64,000 bases of DNA from Phoronis australis (GCA_002633005.1 NMRA01000556.1:141537-205536); one strand, 5' to 3'. Counted from the stretch's first letter, positions 37,730 to 51,545 are shown. Made by a program: numbers and translations. The notes: a model not told the origin generated them from the letters alone.

Positions 37730-40227
37730 ACGTTATTATTGGTTGAAGGATTGCGGGTACTCATCTATTTTTGAGACAGTGTTGTGTCAATGTGATCTTA
37801 GGACACCTCCCTTCAATAGTCGATGTGATTAATACCTCGACCATCTACAGTTAACACGGTTAAACAGGATTCACTTGTGCGGAGTTAAGCAATAAACAAC
37901 TCATTCCCAGAGGTATATCGTTGTCCTTGTGTTATAAGCTCAATAAATAATTCATTGAGCGATGACCTCCTCAGCATAACAAACCTTAATAGAAAAGCAC
38001 CACTTCCGAAGTGTTCCCAAGCAGAATGGGACTTTTTTTTTAAGAACTCTAACCCTATAAAATGACTCTTTTATGGGGAATAAAATGAGAAACGAATATT
38101 TTTCGGGGGGAAACTGACCGTGAAAAAATCATCCATCCGTAGCAGGCCAAAAATTAAATAATGTTAAAAATGTTTGAATATTATAAAGCAACAATTAAGA
38201 ATACCAAAAAAGGCAAACAGTTCAGTGTAGAGTATTTATACCTTTATTGAGAGTTACATGTACATCGATGGGCCAGCACAGTAAAATAAATGGGCGGAAC
38301 GTCTACACATGGACTCCATTCCGACCACAGTGTAACCACAGAAAAGAAGACGCATTAACTGGATGATTTCATGATTTTCTTTTTGTGACCGCCAAATTAA
38401 ATAAAACATTCGACACCAGCCGTTGAGCGAAACACGGTATCCCAAGGTAATAGTTATATTACCTGAACCGCGTTGAATATGGCAACGGAAAAGAAAACAA
38501 AAGAAAGTCACTGAATTACGGTTCCGGTTTTCGCAAACGTTACATTAGCTTCCCCCATTCTGACTGATTACAACACTCATACACACATAATTTTGCGGAA
38601 ACTCTTTCGTAGGTCGATTGTGTGAGTACATGTACTAAAAGCCTGTTTCCACAAGAACGTAATGCACTTAAATCGCTTTAGCGATAAAATAAACGAGATG
38701 TTTCCAGTTGAAAGAAATGCGTAAGCCGTAAATACGTAATCCGTTTTTTTTGAAACGTACTACGTATTAAGGAGGAGTCAATTTTCATGATTTTAGCGTG
38801 ACTGTCCTGAAAAACAGAGACAATTTAACTAGCTGGGTTTGAAATTAACATGCCAACTACGGGTGCGGCGATTAACTATAACCGAATTTCGATTCCGGAT
38901 TGGTCGATTTTTATATTGATACACCAAGGCCCATTATGATTAGATTTTTAGTTCCAATTTTCGCCCTTACGTGTTTTACAAATTTACGACTTATTTGTAG
39001 CTTTTGATAAGAATTGTCGAGATATTCAACAAAAAGCAGCTCATAATTGCTCATCAGTTTTACACTGCTGAATTTTTTAAACAGGAGTTGTTAAAAATTG
39101 GTACGAGAGGGAACGAATCATTTACATTTGAGAAAAACTGAATTAATATGGAATCCCTAAAAATAATGTGTATCGTCTCACCCACAATTCAGTGTCTACC
39201 CTCCGCCGTTTACAAGAGAAAGAATTGTATTTTCCAAAAAAAAAATTCACCTACGTGTAGTATTTTCAAGTACTGTCTGTTCCCTGGAACTATTTTCACA
39301 GCGTGTTCCAACCCCACCAAGTACTGTCCGTTCCTTGGAACTATTTTTTCGTCCTAGTGCCGCATGTTCAGCGCTTACTGGATTCATAAACATGGTTTGG
39401 CTGTGGACCAGTAGATTTGTACTGTCTTCTGAGTGATTTCATCGGATGTATCATTTTATTGGGACATATTGGAACATGAAAACGCGTTGATTATCGCAAT
39501 GGGTACATTTAAATGCGTCACGTATTATGTGTTACGCAAGAACATGTGTGTAAAACCTCTGTGATATTAGAAAACCTCCACGTACATATACATGCTGCGC
39601 ATCCCAGCCGAAGAAGTCTCGAGTTTGCACGAAACATGACGTGATTACACGAAAGTCTGCATCCAATTTAATGCCACTTACTGCAAAGACGTTTATTTCT
39701 TAAGCAACATAATCTCTGTATGTAGATGAGTGTTGAACACGAAAAGCTGCAAGTCGCTAAATAACGAGCCATCGAGCACGCAATTCTGTCGGACCCTAAT
39801 TCAATTAACTGCACAATTGTTCTTCCCCCGTGACTGCAACTATACTAATCAGGTGGCCTCTGGACGTGTCAATAGAATTAGCTTAACATACGTCATAACC
39901 AATTATGTGACAACTCACTTCTACATCGTTAAAAGAACTGCTTGTCATTCTGGAGTGCTACGACATTTTTACCCAGTTTGTGAAGACACTGAGAGTAACA
40001 CAAGCCGGTCCATCATACTTCGCGTAACTATGAGAATCGGTCGCACGGTAACTAACATCTACCATTGGGGAGACAAACGGTCATGTTGGCAGACCATCTC
40101 TATGCGTACATGTATACCATACCAGTTGTCCTTGGAAGTGGGCATTACACCCATCCCAGTAAAGAACACGTGAAACAAATTTTTGTTTATGTTCTTGCAG
40201 TCACATGGTGTATAAGGTTCAAGTTAA

Positions 40228-40545
40228 CTCCCCCCTACCTCACTCCGTCCCTCCCTTCGCCCCTTCCTCCCTCCCTTCACCCCTCCCTCCCTCCCTTCAC
40301 CCCTTCCTCCTTCCCTTCGCCCCACGCTCTCTCCCTCCACCCCTCCACCCCTTCCTCCCTCCCTTCGCCCTCCCTCCCTCCCTTCGCCCCNNNNNNNNNN
40401 NNNNNNNNNNNNNNNNNNNNNNNNNNNNNNNNNNNCGTCGCCCCTCACTCCCTCCCTTCGCCCATTCCCCCCTCACCTTCGCCCATCCTTACCCTCCTTC
40501 GCCCCTCCGTCCCGCCCTTCGCCCCTCCCTTACTCCCTCTCTCAC
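40228..40545. repeat. Polypyrimidine (CCCT/CCCTTCG)-rich tract with 44-N gap
   Basis: Read directly from the sequence. Ns at 40391-40434. Confidence 0.95.
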
Positions 40546-41870
40546 TAAAATTAAGAAAAACATAGTCCCAAGAAGGTCCCCACTCAACAATATGATTTGA
40601 GTGTTCATGGCCTTCGAGAAAAATGTGCAGGCTGGCATCAATAGCAAAGAAAGAAAAGTCTTATGTCAGTTTACTTCAGTTGTTCAACCCTCTTCAATTT
40701 ATCCAGAAGGATAGCCTGCCGAGAAACAACAGGTTGGAGACCAGGATGTTATCGCAGAGTGCGGGTGCACCTCATTATCGTAAAATTTGAGAACGCCTGC
40801 CACACGGCACTGTGTTGCTAAAGTGTAACCATGGTTTCCACACGATTTCAAAGACACGGTATTTTTGAAGACCTATGCCCGTGCAACCGATTAAGCATTC
40901 TCGGGGACTCTCCAAGCTACAATCGAATATTTGGGATTTAGTAATTTGGATTGTTCCCGATTGTCACAATATTTGTGCATCCCTAGACAGCACAATGTTT
41001 ACCCAAGTCACAAGCGACACACAACTTCCAAGGGTCAATGGTGACTACTGGTGTTCAAGGTGGATAGAATCAATGAGTTGTATAGTTAGCTCATTGACCG
41101 AATTGACGCTTGGGGAAGCTGACTTTCTTGTTACATCGATTCTTCACAACAGATGCATTAATGCAGTGAGCTTACAAGTACAGTTCAAATTTAAAGAACC
41201 AGTTTGCAATCTTAATCGGAATAATCACATAGAGAGCGATGGAAAGCTGAGCCGTACCTCCGTTTAACAGACTAACTTGATCACCTTGTGGTGTACATGT
41301 AGCTTGTAAAAACCGTCTTTCAAACTCTTACATCGTGCCAAAACTTCTTTTGCGCATAGTGCGGTAGGCCCATTTGGCTTCACATTGGCAAGGATAATAT
41401 AGGTTACTGTAACAGTGGCGTGTTTTAAGGGTGTTCGGTTATGTTCTCATTCTCAAGAAAATAAGCCCCGTCATTAATACATTGGTAGCGACAATAGTAT
41501 CTTCAAATTTTTGTTTTTTTTCAGATTGAAAACAGCGCATTTGAATAGTTCCTGTAAAGAACAAATGAAAGTGTTTTTTTTTGCAAATTTGACTTTCACA
41601 ACCTAAAACGTTTGTCTGCTGTTTCAAGAATATGTTCTTTATTAATTCAACAGAATTTAACCAATTGTCAAAGCACCAGGCATCAATTTGAATTTGAGGC
41701 AAGCCAGGTTTCACTGTATACTTCTTGGAATTCATTCGTGAATGTGACTCAGAGCTCTTAATGTGTATAGTGGGAGAGATGCAGGGGGGGGGGGGGGGGG
41801 GGGGGGGGGGCTAANTATCAAAAAAGGACAAAATATATATTTAGTAAACTCACTCAGTGACGTCGCCGAG

Positions 41871-41922
41871 ATGTTACCCGTTGGCGATACTCTGCTGATC
41901 ACGTCATACATGTACCAACCCG
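41871..41922 (+). CDS. Lhx3: Probable first coding exon of Lhx3/4 (MLPVGDTLLITSYMYQP)
   Basis: GCCGAG-ATG start and consensus donor G|GTAAGT in phase 1, matching the LIM1 exon across a 94-bp intron. A TATA-like TATATATTTA lies about 35 bp upstream. No transcript evidence. Confidence 0.5.
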
Positions 41923-42016
41923 GTAAGTCATTGTTTTTATCGCATGCCGTGATGAAAGCTGTCAAATTACGTCTGAATACTTGTCTAGCATTTCGGCAAT
42001 TGACTTCTATTTACAG

Positions 42017-42191
42017 ATTCCATTCCCAAGTGCGCCGGTTGTGACCACGTGATCCTAGATCGCTTCATCCTCAAAGTTCTAGAACGACCGTGGCACTCAA
42101 AATGTCTAAAATGCAACGACTGTCACTGTCATCTCAACGATCGATGCTTTTCGAGAGGAGACAAAGTATTCTGCAAAGAAGACTTCTTCAA
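42017..42191 (+). CDS. Lhx3: Lhx3/4 LIM-homeobox exon, LIM domain 1
   Basis: Acceptor TTCTATTTACAG and donor AA|GTAAGT (phase 2). Encodes [58 protein letters not shown], a canonical Lhx3/4 LIM1. Missed by the ORF track. Confidence 0.97.
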
Positions 42192-42254
42192 GTAAGTGTG
42201 ATTTTTTATAAAACAGTTACAAAGAAGACTTACTGAAAATGATGTGCCTTTTAC

Positions 42255-42390
42255 GGGAAGGGGGGAGGGAGTGCGGCAGAGGGGTAGGTCGGGAGCGAGG
42301 GAGGGAGGGTGGCAGGGAGGGCGGCAGGGAGGGAGGGAGGCAGGAGAGCGAGAGGAAGAGGGTGAGTGAGAGGGAGAGAGAGAAGGAGTG
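42255..42390. repeat. Polypurine (GGGA/GA)-rich tract
   Basis: Read directly from the sequence. Contains multiple GGG runs. Confidence 0.9.
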
Positions 42391-44405
42391 TATCTTCTCT
42401 GACATGCGGATGCACCAGGTTGTGCAATACTAACAAGCAAATTGGGACAGGTCAAGTCGAGAAACTGCTAGGGGGTATTCGCAATGCCCTCTAACTGAAG
42501 AGGGAGCAACTAATTTGTACAAACCGTCTGGAGTATGTCCCCAAATTCCAGCTTATGATTTCGAGAAGTCGAAAGTGTGACCCAACTTAGGTATAGATGG
42601 TTTTGAAGAAAAAGTAATTCCATAACCCGCCAGCTGACTACATATGACATTGATATGACAGTAAGTTGCTTTGTTGAAGCTTCTAACAAAACTTATTGCG
42701 ACACTATAGTGTTTGAACGTTGTTTTCGTTTTTTCTCTTTTTATTAAAATTATCAACTGACCGCAAATTTTAGTTTGAGACAGCTTCTCTCACACGTACA
42801 CGAGCGCGCTTGCGGGCACACGCACACGCACACTCACGAACGCCACACACACTTTAACCGAGGTATTGGCTTCCGAGGAATCATAAGGCAAACCAATTGC
42901 CATTGATTAATGTTTTAAGACCTACAGCATCTATTTTGACCTCATTTCAACGACAGTGAACCAGGTGCTGACTTGAGTGAACCTTTCAAGTCTGACTGGA
43001 TAAATACGACCGCAGTTAGTCATCTTTACTTTTGCATAAACGTCATTTCACTTTTCAGTTTTCCAAGTGGTGAACTTGGTCTGATGCTTTTAGTTGTCAA
43101 GGGAACATGTTTTCTTGTCAACAATAGTTAAGTCGAGCCTTAACATGACATCGATGACGTCAGATCCGACGCATCTCGAGTGACGTTACTTCAGCAGAAT
43201 GGTAGTTTAAAGCCAAACGCAGCGATTATTTGGTCAAGGTGAACATAGCAATCTTTAAACAATCTGAATGAACCAAACTCGATCGGCAATGCTGTTGTGT
43301 GAACTGAAAAGGTCTGCAACACGACAAGTCGTAAAAATACCTTTTGAGCAGACCGTTACGAATCTACCTTTCTTCCCTTATTAATACATGTTTATGCGCG
43401 CATGCCTTCAAAGAAATCGCGTCGGTTGCTGCTTGAAAATGGCATTGTTTTGTTCACATCAAAGGTGAAAGGTCACATTCTCCATGTAAGGGAAACTACG
43501 TCCATGTCTTGCCATGCCAATTAAGGAGAGGTGCTTTGCCTTTTTGCAAGTAAAGCAAAAATGCTATGACAACAACAGCAATTCAAAATCTTCACAAACA
43601 AGGAGTGATCAGTTTCAGTGCCAGATAAACACTTTGAACCATACAGTTTTGTCTAGTTTTCACGTTCTTTGCTTCTTCAAGAACCTGATGCTTGTTTCAT
43701 GAAAATTGACTAAGGACTTACATGTAGGCGACGTTCAACACTTTCTGATTTTGGGCTTCAAAACAAGGTCTTGGCGATTACAATAGTCTACTCATCATGG
43801 TATTCACAACCTGGCAATATGAATAATACACTTAGCCTAAGATTTGAAAAAAATGATGATGTCTATAGGGAATGAATCCAAAGACAAATTTCCAGTCAGT
43901 TAGTTAAAAAGGAACAAATGTACAACCGAAAGCCTTCATTTACATTGATAAAACCAAAGTGCCAAAACTCCCCGGACTACAGAGTTCAAGGGAACAGTGA
44001 GGGCCGACCAGCCAGATTTTTTTACAGATCTAAAGTATCTGAAGGGTACCTGAATTTCATAGTAATTCTCAACTTCGCGCTTGCCTAAAAATGTGCAAAT
44101 TTGGCAAACTTTGGAACTCCATATATTAACATGGCTGATGGGATTAACATGCTTTAGGCACTGTTTTCGAAAACGCGGCTAGATATTGTATTTAAAATGT
44201 TTCGAGTTTGGGTGAGGGGCAATGCAAGTAGAGAACTTTTATGATTTTCATGAAAAAAAAAGTTTGAATGAAAGAAAAAACAGTCGCAGCGTTTTTGAGA
44301 TCTCATGTTGAACATTTCAACTACCGTTTTTAAATTGTTAAAATTTTGTAACTGATACTGAAGTTTTTCTCTCAATGTACTTTTTTCTCTAAATTTAACT
44401 AAGAC

Positions 44406-44812
44406 CAGGGCCCGGCCTCCAATCTTTTTAATCGAAATGGAACTCGAAATTAGGTTTGGCATTTTCTACTCTACTTTTGGGCGAACTCAAGATAAATGTC
44501 TATTATTCTATACTCGAGTACACAATAACTTACGTAGATAATTTATTGCTCTGCGTTCACAGTTTGTAAACCCAATATTAAAGCAATAAGTTCGAGTTTG
44601 AACTCGAAATTTCGAGTTTTTACTCGAGTTTGTAGCACGAATATAAGGGTCTTCAAGGGCAAACTTGAACTAGAAACTCCTATACATAAACTATAATGTA
44701 TTCGAGCACATTCTGATAACCAATTATCTTAAGTTCGCACAAAAGGAGCAGAGAAATTGCCAAAAATAGTTTCGAGTTCGTTTCGAGTACAAAGATTAGA
44801 GACTGGGCCCTG
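44406..44812. mobile_element. MITE with long imperfect TIRs (Harbinger-like ends)
   Basis: CAGGGCCCGGCCTCCAATCTTT...GAACTCGAAA...TTTGGCA mirrors TGCCAAA...TTTCGAGTTC...AAAGATTAGAGACTGGGCCCTG. The interior has repeated CTCGAR/YTCGAG motifs. Confidence 0.7.
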
Positions 44813-45889
44813 ATCAAGACACCCAATTCACGGCAAATTGAAGAAAAGTCAGAAATGAAATTCGACAGTTTTTTTACTTTCGGAAAACTTTTACCGAGTT
44901 TAAATGTACAGTTTTTTAGACTTGTGATTCCGATCCTACTTAATATTGAGATCGTGGCGTGCTGACCACGTAGTAAAATAACTTTCACAGCCTTAAGTTA
45001 ATCAATATCTTGGCAACTCTGTGAAGAATATGAAGTTATTTTAAAGGCAGATTATTGACGAAAAAAACGCAGGGCGGAATCTAACTCACAAGCCCCACGA
45101 CTGCAATGGAACGGCTTGCTGGCTGAACTAAACACCAAAGCACCAATCGAAACTAATGAAGTCACGAGTCTCGATTACAACGAATATCTGGCATCTGGCA
45201 GACAACGTCACGAATGTGCAATTTGTAAGGAAATCACAAATTGACAACGGACTTGTTGCTTTATATACATGTTGCTCTAGGTTTAAACCAATAACTTCAA
45301 GAGGCCTATCCCATCCAATACTAATCCTCCGAAATGCATTTCGGGCCTCAAAACCGATAATGTCCATTTAAAGTGTCGCCTAGTTAGTAGAGTTTAAAAA
45401 ATGCAAACGTAGAAACATACAGTATGAATATTCTGAACTTTCGAATAATAAGTGTCACAATAAATAAAACCTGACGTATTTTGCCAAGGGTTGCCATTCG
45501 GAACCAAAACAAAACTGATTACAAGCTGGACAGTACACGAAATAAAAACGTTCTTCATGAAAAGGTAAAAGTGTAGGGGTGTTCAAGTTATATTGCAACG
45601 TGAATACTTCAGTACAGTTTTGGTAGAATTTCAAGAATACTCGAAGTTTTAACGTTGGGCGTAGCGCATCTTTAGTTCACTCGATGTACAGTGCATATAT
45701 ATTCTAGAAACATTTTCATGTTCAAAATTTTTATACGTTGACTAACGTCTTTCAATAGTGCGCTGTTGGGAGTCATAAACATCTACAAACTCCGTGGTTG
45801 AACCGGTACAAACATAAACCAAGAACTCCACTATTCCGTATCGAAGATACGGCCTAACTCAAAACTATGCGTACATTCATTCGTTTGCG

Positions 45890-46092
45890 TATTCATTCAC
45901 GCATCCATTCATTAATCCATTCATCCATGCATCCATTCATCCACCTATCCACAATCCATCCATGCATCCACCTATCCACAATCCATCCATGCATCCACCT
46001 ATCCGCAATCCATCCATGCATCCACCTATCCACAATCCATCCATGCATCCACCTATCCCCAATCCATCCACTCATTCATTCACCCGTTCATT
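45890..46092. repeat. (ATCC)n-derived 24-bp minisatellite
   Basis: About 5 copies of ATCCATCCATGCATCCACCTATCCACA-type units, inside ATTC/ATCC repeats. Confidence 0.9.
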
Positions 46093-49000
46093 CAGTCGTA
46101 AACTCTTTATTTATTATTTCGTTCCTTCGGTCCTTCATCAATTCATACATTTTTTATTTTCCATTCAGTGTATTCGTTAATTCATATATGAACCACGTGA
46201 CAAGATAGGAGAGAAAACTACGAAAAAGTTTATGTATTTGATTGTCCAGTAAAAGAAACGAATCACCTATTTCGAATCAACGTTTTTGTTCCCTATTCTT
46301 TTTCAAGGACGTTTGTAAAAATGTGACGTTTGGTTAAAACTATTAATGGTTCTCTGGTGCAATTAAAACAGAATTTCCTGATTGCGGTTTAGCGTGTAAT
46401 ATTTCAAGTTTGTAAAAACAAAAGTATTCTAAATCAGACACGTGCTGATCAAGTGTTCGATTCCTGGTATCTCATATTCACTTAAGATTAATTAACCCCT
46501 AACTAATTAGTTACAGTGACAACAAAAACAAACATCACAAGAAATGATTAGGTCACGTGCCTCGCGTGGTTTAGCGCAAGCGGGAATAGTTTTAACACTG
46601 TTTCCTAGGAAACTTGTCTATAACATTTGACTATTGCGATATTGTTACAGATAACCCAGTTGCAAAAAGTGAGTTAAATATTTTGGTATTAAGAACACCA
46701 CGCTAAACGAGGTGACGTCAGGGATATTAGTGCGTGTCGCATGAGGTGGAAAGTCCTCATTATTCGAACCGTATGTTTAATCCAACGTTTGATAATACAT
46801 TGTCGCTGAAACCAAAAACAAGAGACGAAACAACAATTAATTATTAGAAATAAAGCTAAAGGATAACAATGTAATAAAGAAACTGACAGAAATATCCTTT
46901 TGATGATTTAAGTTCTGACATAGCGAGTCTTTATGGCGATTTTTTAATTTTGAACGTTTGGAAGCTCAAATGGAATTAATTATGATCTTTGTACACTCAA
47001 AAAATATTTAGGGAAGAAATTCCTAAAAATAATCAGGAAATTTTCCGCACAAAATGCTCTAATGATCGGCCGACACAGTTTGAATTGATACCTGATGTAT
47101 TTTTTAATTTTCACATTCCTACAATTTTTGTTGTTCGTTGGATTCTACAAACCATAAAAAACAGTTTCCGTTGTTTCCACCTAAAAAGGCACACCTGAAA
47201 ATGTGAAATTTACACGGGTTACTGATAAGTCACCTGTAATGAAATTAACAACTGAAATCTTAATTTCTCTGCACGATGTAAGTTTTTTATGTCATTGCTT
47301 TATTTCTACTTCCCGGTTTACTTGTTTTTAACGTAAGCCTATTATTAAACATTCTTTTTTGGTTTTGATAGCCTTAATTATAACGGTTTTGATATACGAA
47401 ATGTTACATCGCACACTTATTTCTTTTATTTTGATGCCAATCGTGGTTTTTATGAAACAATTACGGGGCCACAGACTTCGTTTTGAACGGTTCTAGCTGA
47501 AACGATGTCACATAAGAGTGAGCAATTTGGCTTCCTTAAAAAGGCCTGGGACGCGACAAACAAATTGCATAATTCAAAATGATTCTTTGCCACTGAAACA
47601 AAATTCAACCTGTTCATCAGATATTTTACTACTTGTTCGTAAAAGTTTTGAATTTCTATCGATGCCAAAGCATTTTTCTTTTAGTTTCGTATTTCAAAAA
47701 ACGACCTGGCAACTGTTCGTCAGTTCGTCGATTTTTCTCCCTCAAGGCAAAACAGGTTGCCATGATTGGCATGGCAAGACATATTGTACATGGAGAGGTA
47801 GCTCATTTAACTTATACGGAAAATGTGTCCTTTGACCTTTGATGTAAACAAAATGACGGCGACTTCAAGGAGCAGCAGGCCGATGGGAGGCAGAAGTCCA
47901 TAGTGTTTATATTAGTTATAAAGATTCGTAGTATTCAAAAATATTCTAAATTGCACTAAGACTTCTTTTGCAAACTCGCTTGCTTCACTAAAATTTCCTC
48001 ATATATGTACTGTGATGTTGACCTCAGATTCGGAGAGCAATTGCACATTATAATATGCCGTTTAAAATATATATCTTGTCAGTCAGCTGTTTGTCAAATG
48101 ACTGTGGGCGCATGCGCGCATTCATCATAAGTAGTAAGGGGAGTAGAAACTTTGTGGTCACTACAGAAAAACAATTTTGTATTTTTATATAGAAATTTCT
48201 TCACAGGGGAAGTGAAAAACTCTGTAGTAGACGTTGGGATTTGTTCAAAATATATTTTTGACGAGCTTTCAGTTTCATGCAACAATTTCGAGGTCACGAA
48301 CTGCTGCATTTCATTAGGTGGCTCTTGTGTTATGCTGCTGGGGGTAGTGAAATCAGCTTAGTCGATGTGAACAATCTAAGACCGGATGTCATTTCACAAT
48401 AAGTGTCGTCCAATGACATCATTTGGTTTTGTTTGTCGTTATAACGTCATTGTGTACTTTGATGTCTCTCGCTATTATTTGTCACCAAAATACACAAAAC
48501 GAATGTTATTCAAAATCAATATCCTTATTATTAAAAATAATGATTATTCAAAGATTTTGTTTCATAAGTTAGGCTGTGTGGTAAAATATCGACTGCTTTA
48601 GGGTATTGAAGTTAACTGTCGCACAATTTAATTTACATGATGATGTCACATGTCAAAATTAACCATCACTCCAGTTCCTAACTATACTGCAGAAACCAAA
48701 TAATTTAACACTCAACAAGAATTGAAAAATTAGTCTGCGATTCTCACCCTCCTGCCTAAACCGTTACATAAAACATTATTATCAAAACCGAGACTGCACG
48801 CGACACGGTCAGGGTGACATCCTATTGAGAACAGCATACCATACCGGAAGAGCTCAGGTTATCTCAAAACATCAGCTTACTTGGTTTAATCATCTGCTTT
48901 AACAACTCTATTTTACACTCAACTTTATGCACCTTAAAATCATTTTAATTAAACCATCTGCGGCGGTTTAGGTTGGGAGAAAACCAAACCACGGCACACG

Positions 49001-50042
49001 TGCCGGAGTTCGTCGCAGTTGCTGGCTCTCACAGGAACATTTCCCCACGGAAATCTATTATTAATTTATTAATTCCTTTGACTTCTGAGTCCATTGTTTT
49101 AATTGCTGTTCAGGTGTGGGGTAAAGTGAATCGGTGAACTGGTGATTAGCAAACAAAATGCCAAGAAAAGGGATATCCGATGATCTTCGACGTATCACGG
49201 CTTTTGCAGTGCCTTTTAATTGAAATTAGTTATTTTGCGTTGTATTTTTAGAGTTTCCAAAAACCAGTACATTATCTTAATTGCATAAATCATTTCTTAA
49301 AAGAGCCAGTGCAAACTTAAATTTTTCTGAGTACAATTTCAGATAAGAATCTAAGACGTGATTAAGTTAAAATATCACTTACAACAGAGATAGTGAATTA
49401 AACGAGTCGGCCCAGCATTGGTTTTGACTGAAAGAAAATTCGTCTTTTTCTGCACATGGGGTTGGCGTTTCCAGTGTTTTTATAAACCGACACAAAAGTT
49501 GCACGAAATCTCGTTTTGCACTTTTGCTCCTAAAACAGAATTTGCATCAGAAAGAAATTAATTACTTTAGATTACATTTTGGCTCTGACTGTGAGGACTG
49601 TACATCGCCACCTACACAATTAATGGAAGAATGTCTACAGACATATCAAATGTACATGCACTGCTTACGCGGGTTGTTTCAGTTTATTTTGGCTGAAAGC
49701 ATATTCTAAAATGTTCATCAACACAATGAGACAATTACTCAGGTGTTTTACTGTATTTTAAAAGTTTTTATTTAATCCCTGTAGAGTTTAGTAGAAGTAC
49801 ACTGTACTTCGGTTACTATTTGTTTCAAATAATTGGAAATGACCAACGTTATCTTACACGTGTAACAGGTATTGTTTGTGTGTCCTTGAGAGCGCAGCGT
49901 ATTGTTTTTCTTTTTATGATTTGTTCTTAGGCGATATCGCTTGACAGAAAATAATACTTAAAGTGATACTCATCGTGTTGTGTTCATGTATGATGCGTCG
50001 TATAATGGCTTGTCCCTGGGGTGAAGGGAGCGCCGTTCTCTA

Positions 50043-50640
50043 ATGGAGTTTGCTAGCAGAACGCAAAACAAGAAGCCTAGAATAAATGCAGCAGAGGCAA
50101 TTGTGATGTCACAATTGTACGATTCTTTCGACGAAATAAATGACAAACTAGCCATTTACCGATATTGTGTAGATGTGATCAAGTACGCATCGTTGCTATA
50201 TGGCACTTTGGCATTAGGGGCTTAACGCAGCGGGTTTTCCAACTTTTAAATAATTCTTTTCCAAGCTTCACACACAAATGTGAAACATTTCAAAATGTCC
50301 TTGAATGTAAGAATTTGCCTTGCATTCCTGTCAACTCAGTCCGTCAAGCTCATAAATTGGATCAGACGAAAGGTACTTTTGTACTCTCATAACGCTAAGG
50401 ATTTTTGTAAGTAAAATGTTTCCCATACATAGGTTTGCCACAACCGCCATAGTTTCCGTTGTTAAATTCCACAAGTGCAAATCAAATATGGCGGACATCT
50501 CCTACATAAACGTACTGCAACAAAATATTCTTTTCTGCATGTTTCGGATGGCATTTCACGGAATCGTTGACCGACATAAAGCTACGCAACCACTGCAGCA
50601 TATCCATGGTTTCAAGTCTTTGAGTTTAGTCATGGACTGA
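50043..50640 (+). mobile_element. Decayed LINE reverse-transcriptase fragment (Lhx3 intron)
   Basis: Collinear motifs: SQLYDSFDEIND...CVDVIK (cf. L.D....D....F.D..KAFD), HFGIRG (cf. HYGIRG), SVRQAHKL (cf. GVPQGSIL) and HRFATTAI (cf. LFADDT.I). Confidence 0.55.
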
Positions 50641-50860
50641 AGTCATTTTTGCGCTCTCAATACCATAGAGAGCGCCAATATGAAAAAACCGCTATTAGAA
50701 GCAGACATGATTAACGACAATTCTCGTGCCATCCATTTGTTTGTTGATTATTAAAGCCTATGAATGACTTAGGTCTGTTACCAATGTTAGGTGAAATGAA
50801 AAAGGAAATGATCACTGTTAATGAAATGGCAACATAAATACAATGTATGTAGGAGCAGCT

Positions 50861-50940
50861 ATGTAAGCTACAACATACAATGTAGCTACACCATACAATG
50901 TAGCTACACCATACAATGTAGCTACAACATACAATGTAGC
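50861..50940. repeat. 18-bp minisatellite x4
   Basis: TGTAGCTACA(A/C)CATACAA in tandem. Each unit holds the palindrome TGTAGCTACA. Confidence 0.9.
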
Positions 50941-51545
50941 ATGGGGATCTCTCTTGAAAATGACTTACAGGAGTATGGGATTTAGAGTAGTCCACAGTCG
51001 TTATCACAGGGTACTACTGGTGTATAGAAAGGCGCCTGTGGCCGGTCGAATGAAACAGTCCCAAATCGGCACTCAACTAAGTTCCCTAACTCTACTATTT
51101 GTGGGATTGTGAAAACACCAATTCTCCTTTCTTATGTCGTTTGAATATCATTACTAGACCAATTCCTGGCTTTGATGCAAATTGAGAATGAACTCGTCGT
51201 CGAATTCTCGGTATTATTGAAAATAAGTAGGGATCTTTTCATGCAACCCCCCGAATTTAAGGACTAAGTCCGTAATTATTTTGAGTGAATTAAGGGCTTA
51301 GTTTTTAGTTATATTAGAAGAAAAATATCATTATTCAAAGGAGAGCTTGTAACAGATTAAAATTATAGAAAAACATATTAAGTCATGAACGAAACAAATA
51401 GGCAAAACATTTAGGGGACTTACTGTAATTGAGACCCTAATAGGGACTGTTTCATGCAACCGGCTACTAGAATACCTAAAACCAATATAGTAAATGCTTG
51501 GTACAGTGAAATGAATACTGGCACCAATTCGCCTACAGATACTCA

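Noticed and set aside
40065-40600. Pro/Ser-rich ORFs (also 42129-42455 and 45867-46208)
   Set aside because: These are translations of low-complexity or minisatellite tracts.
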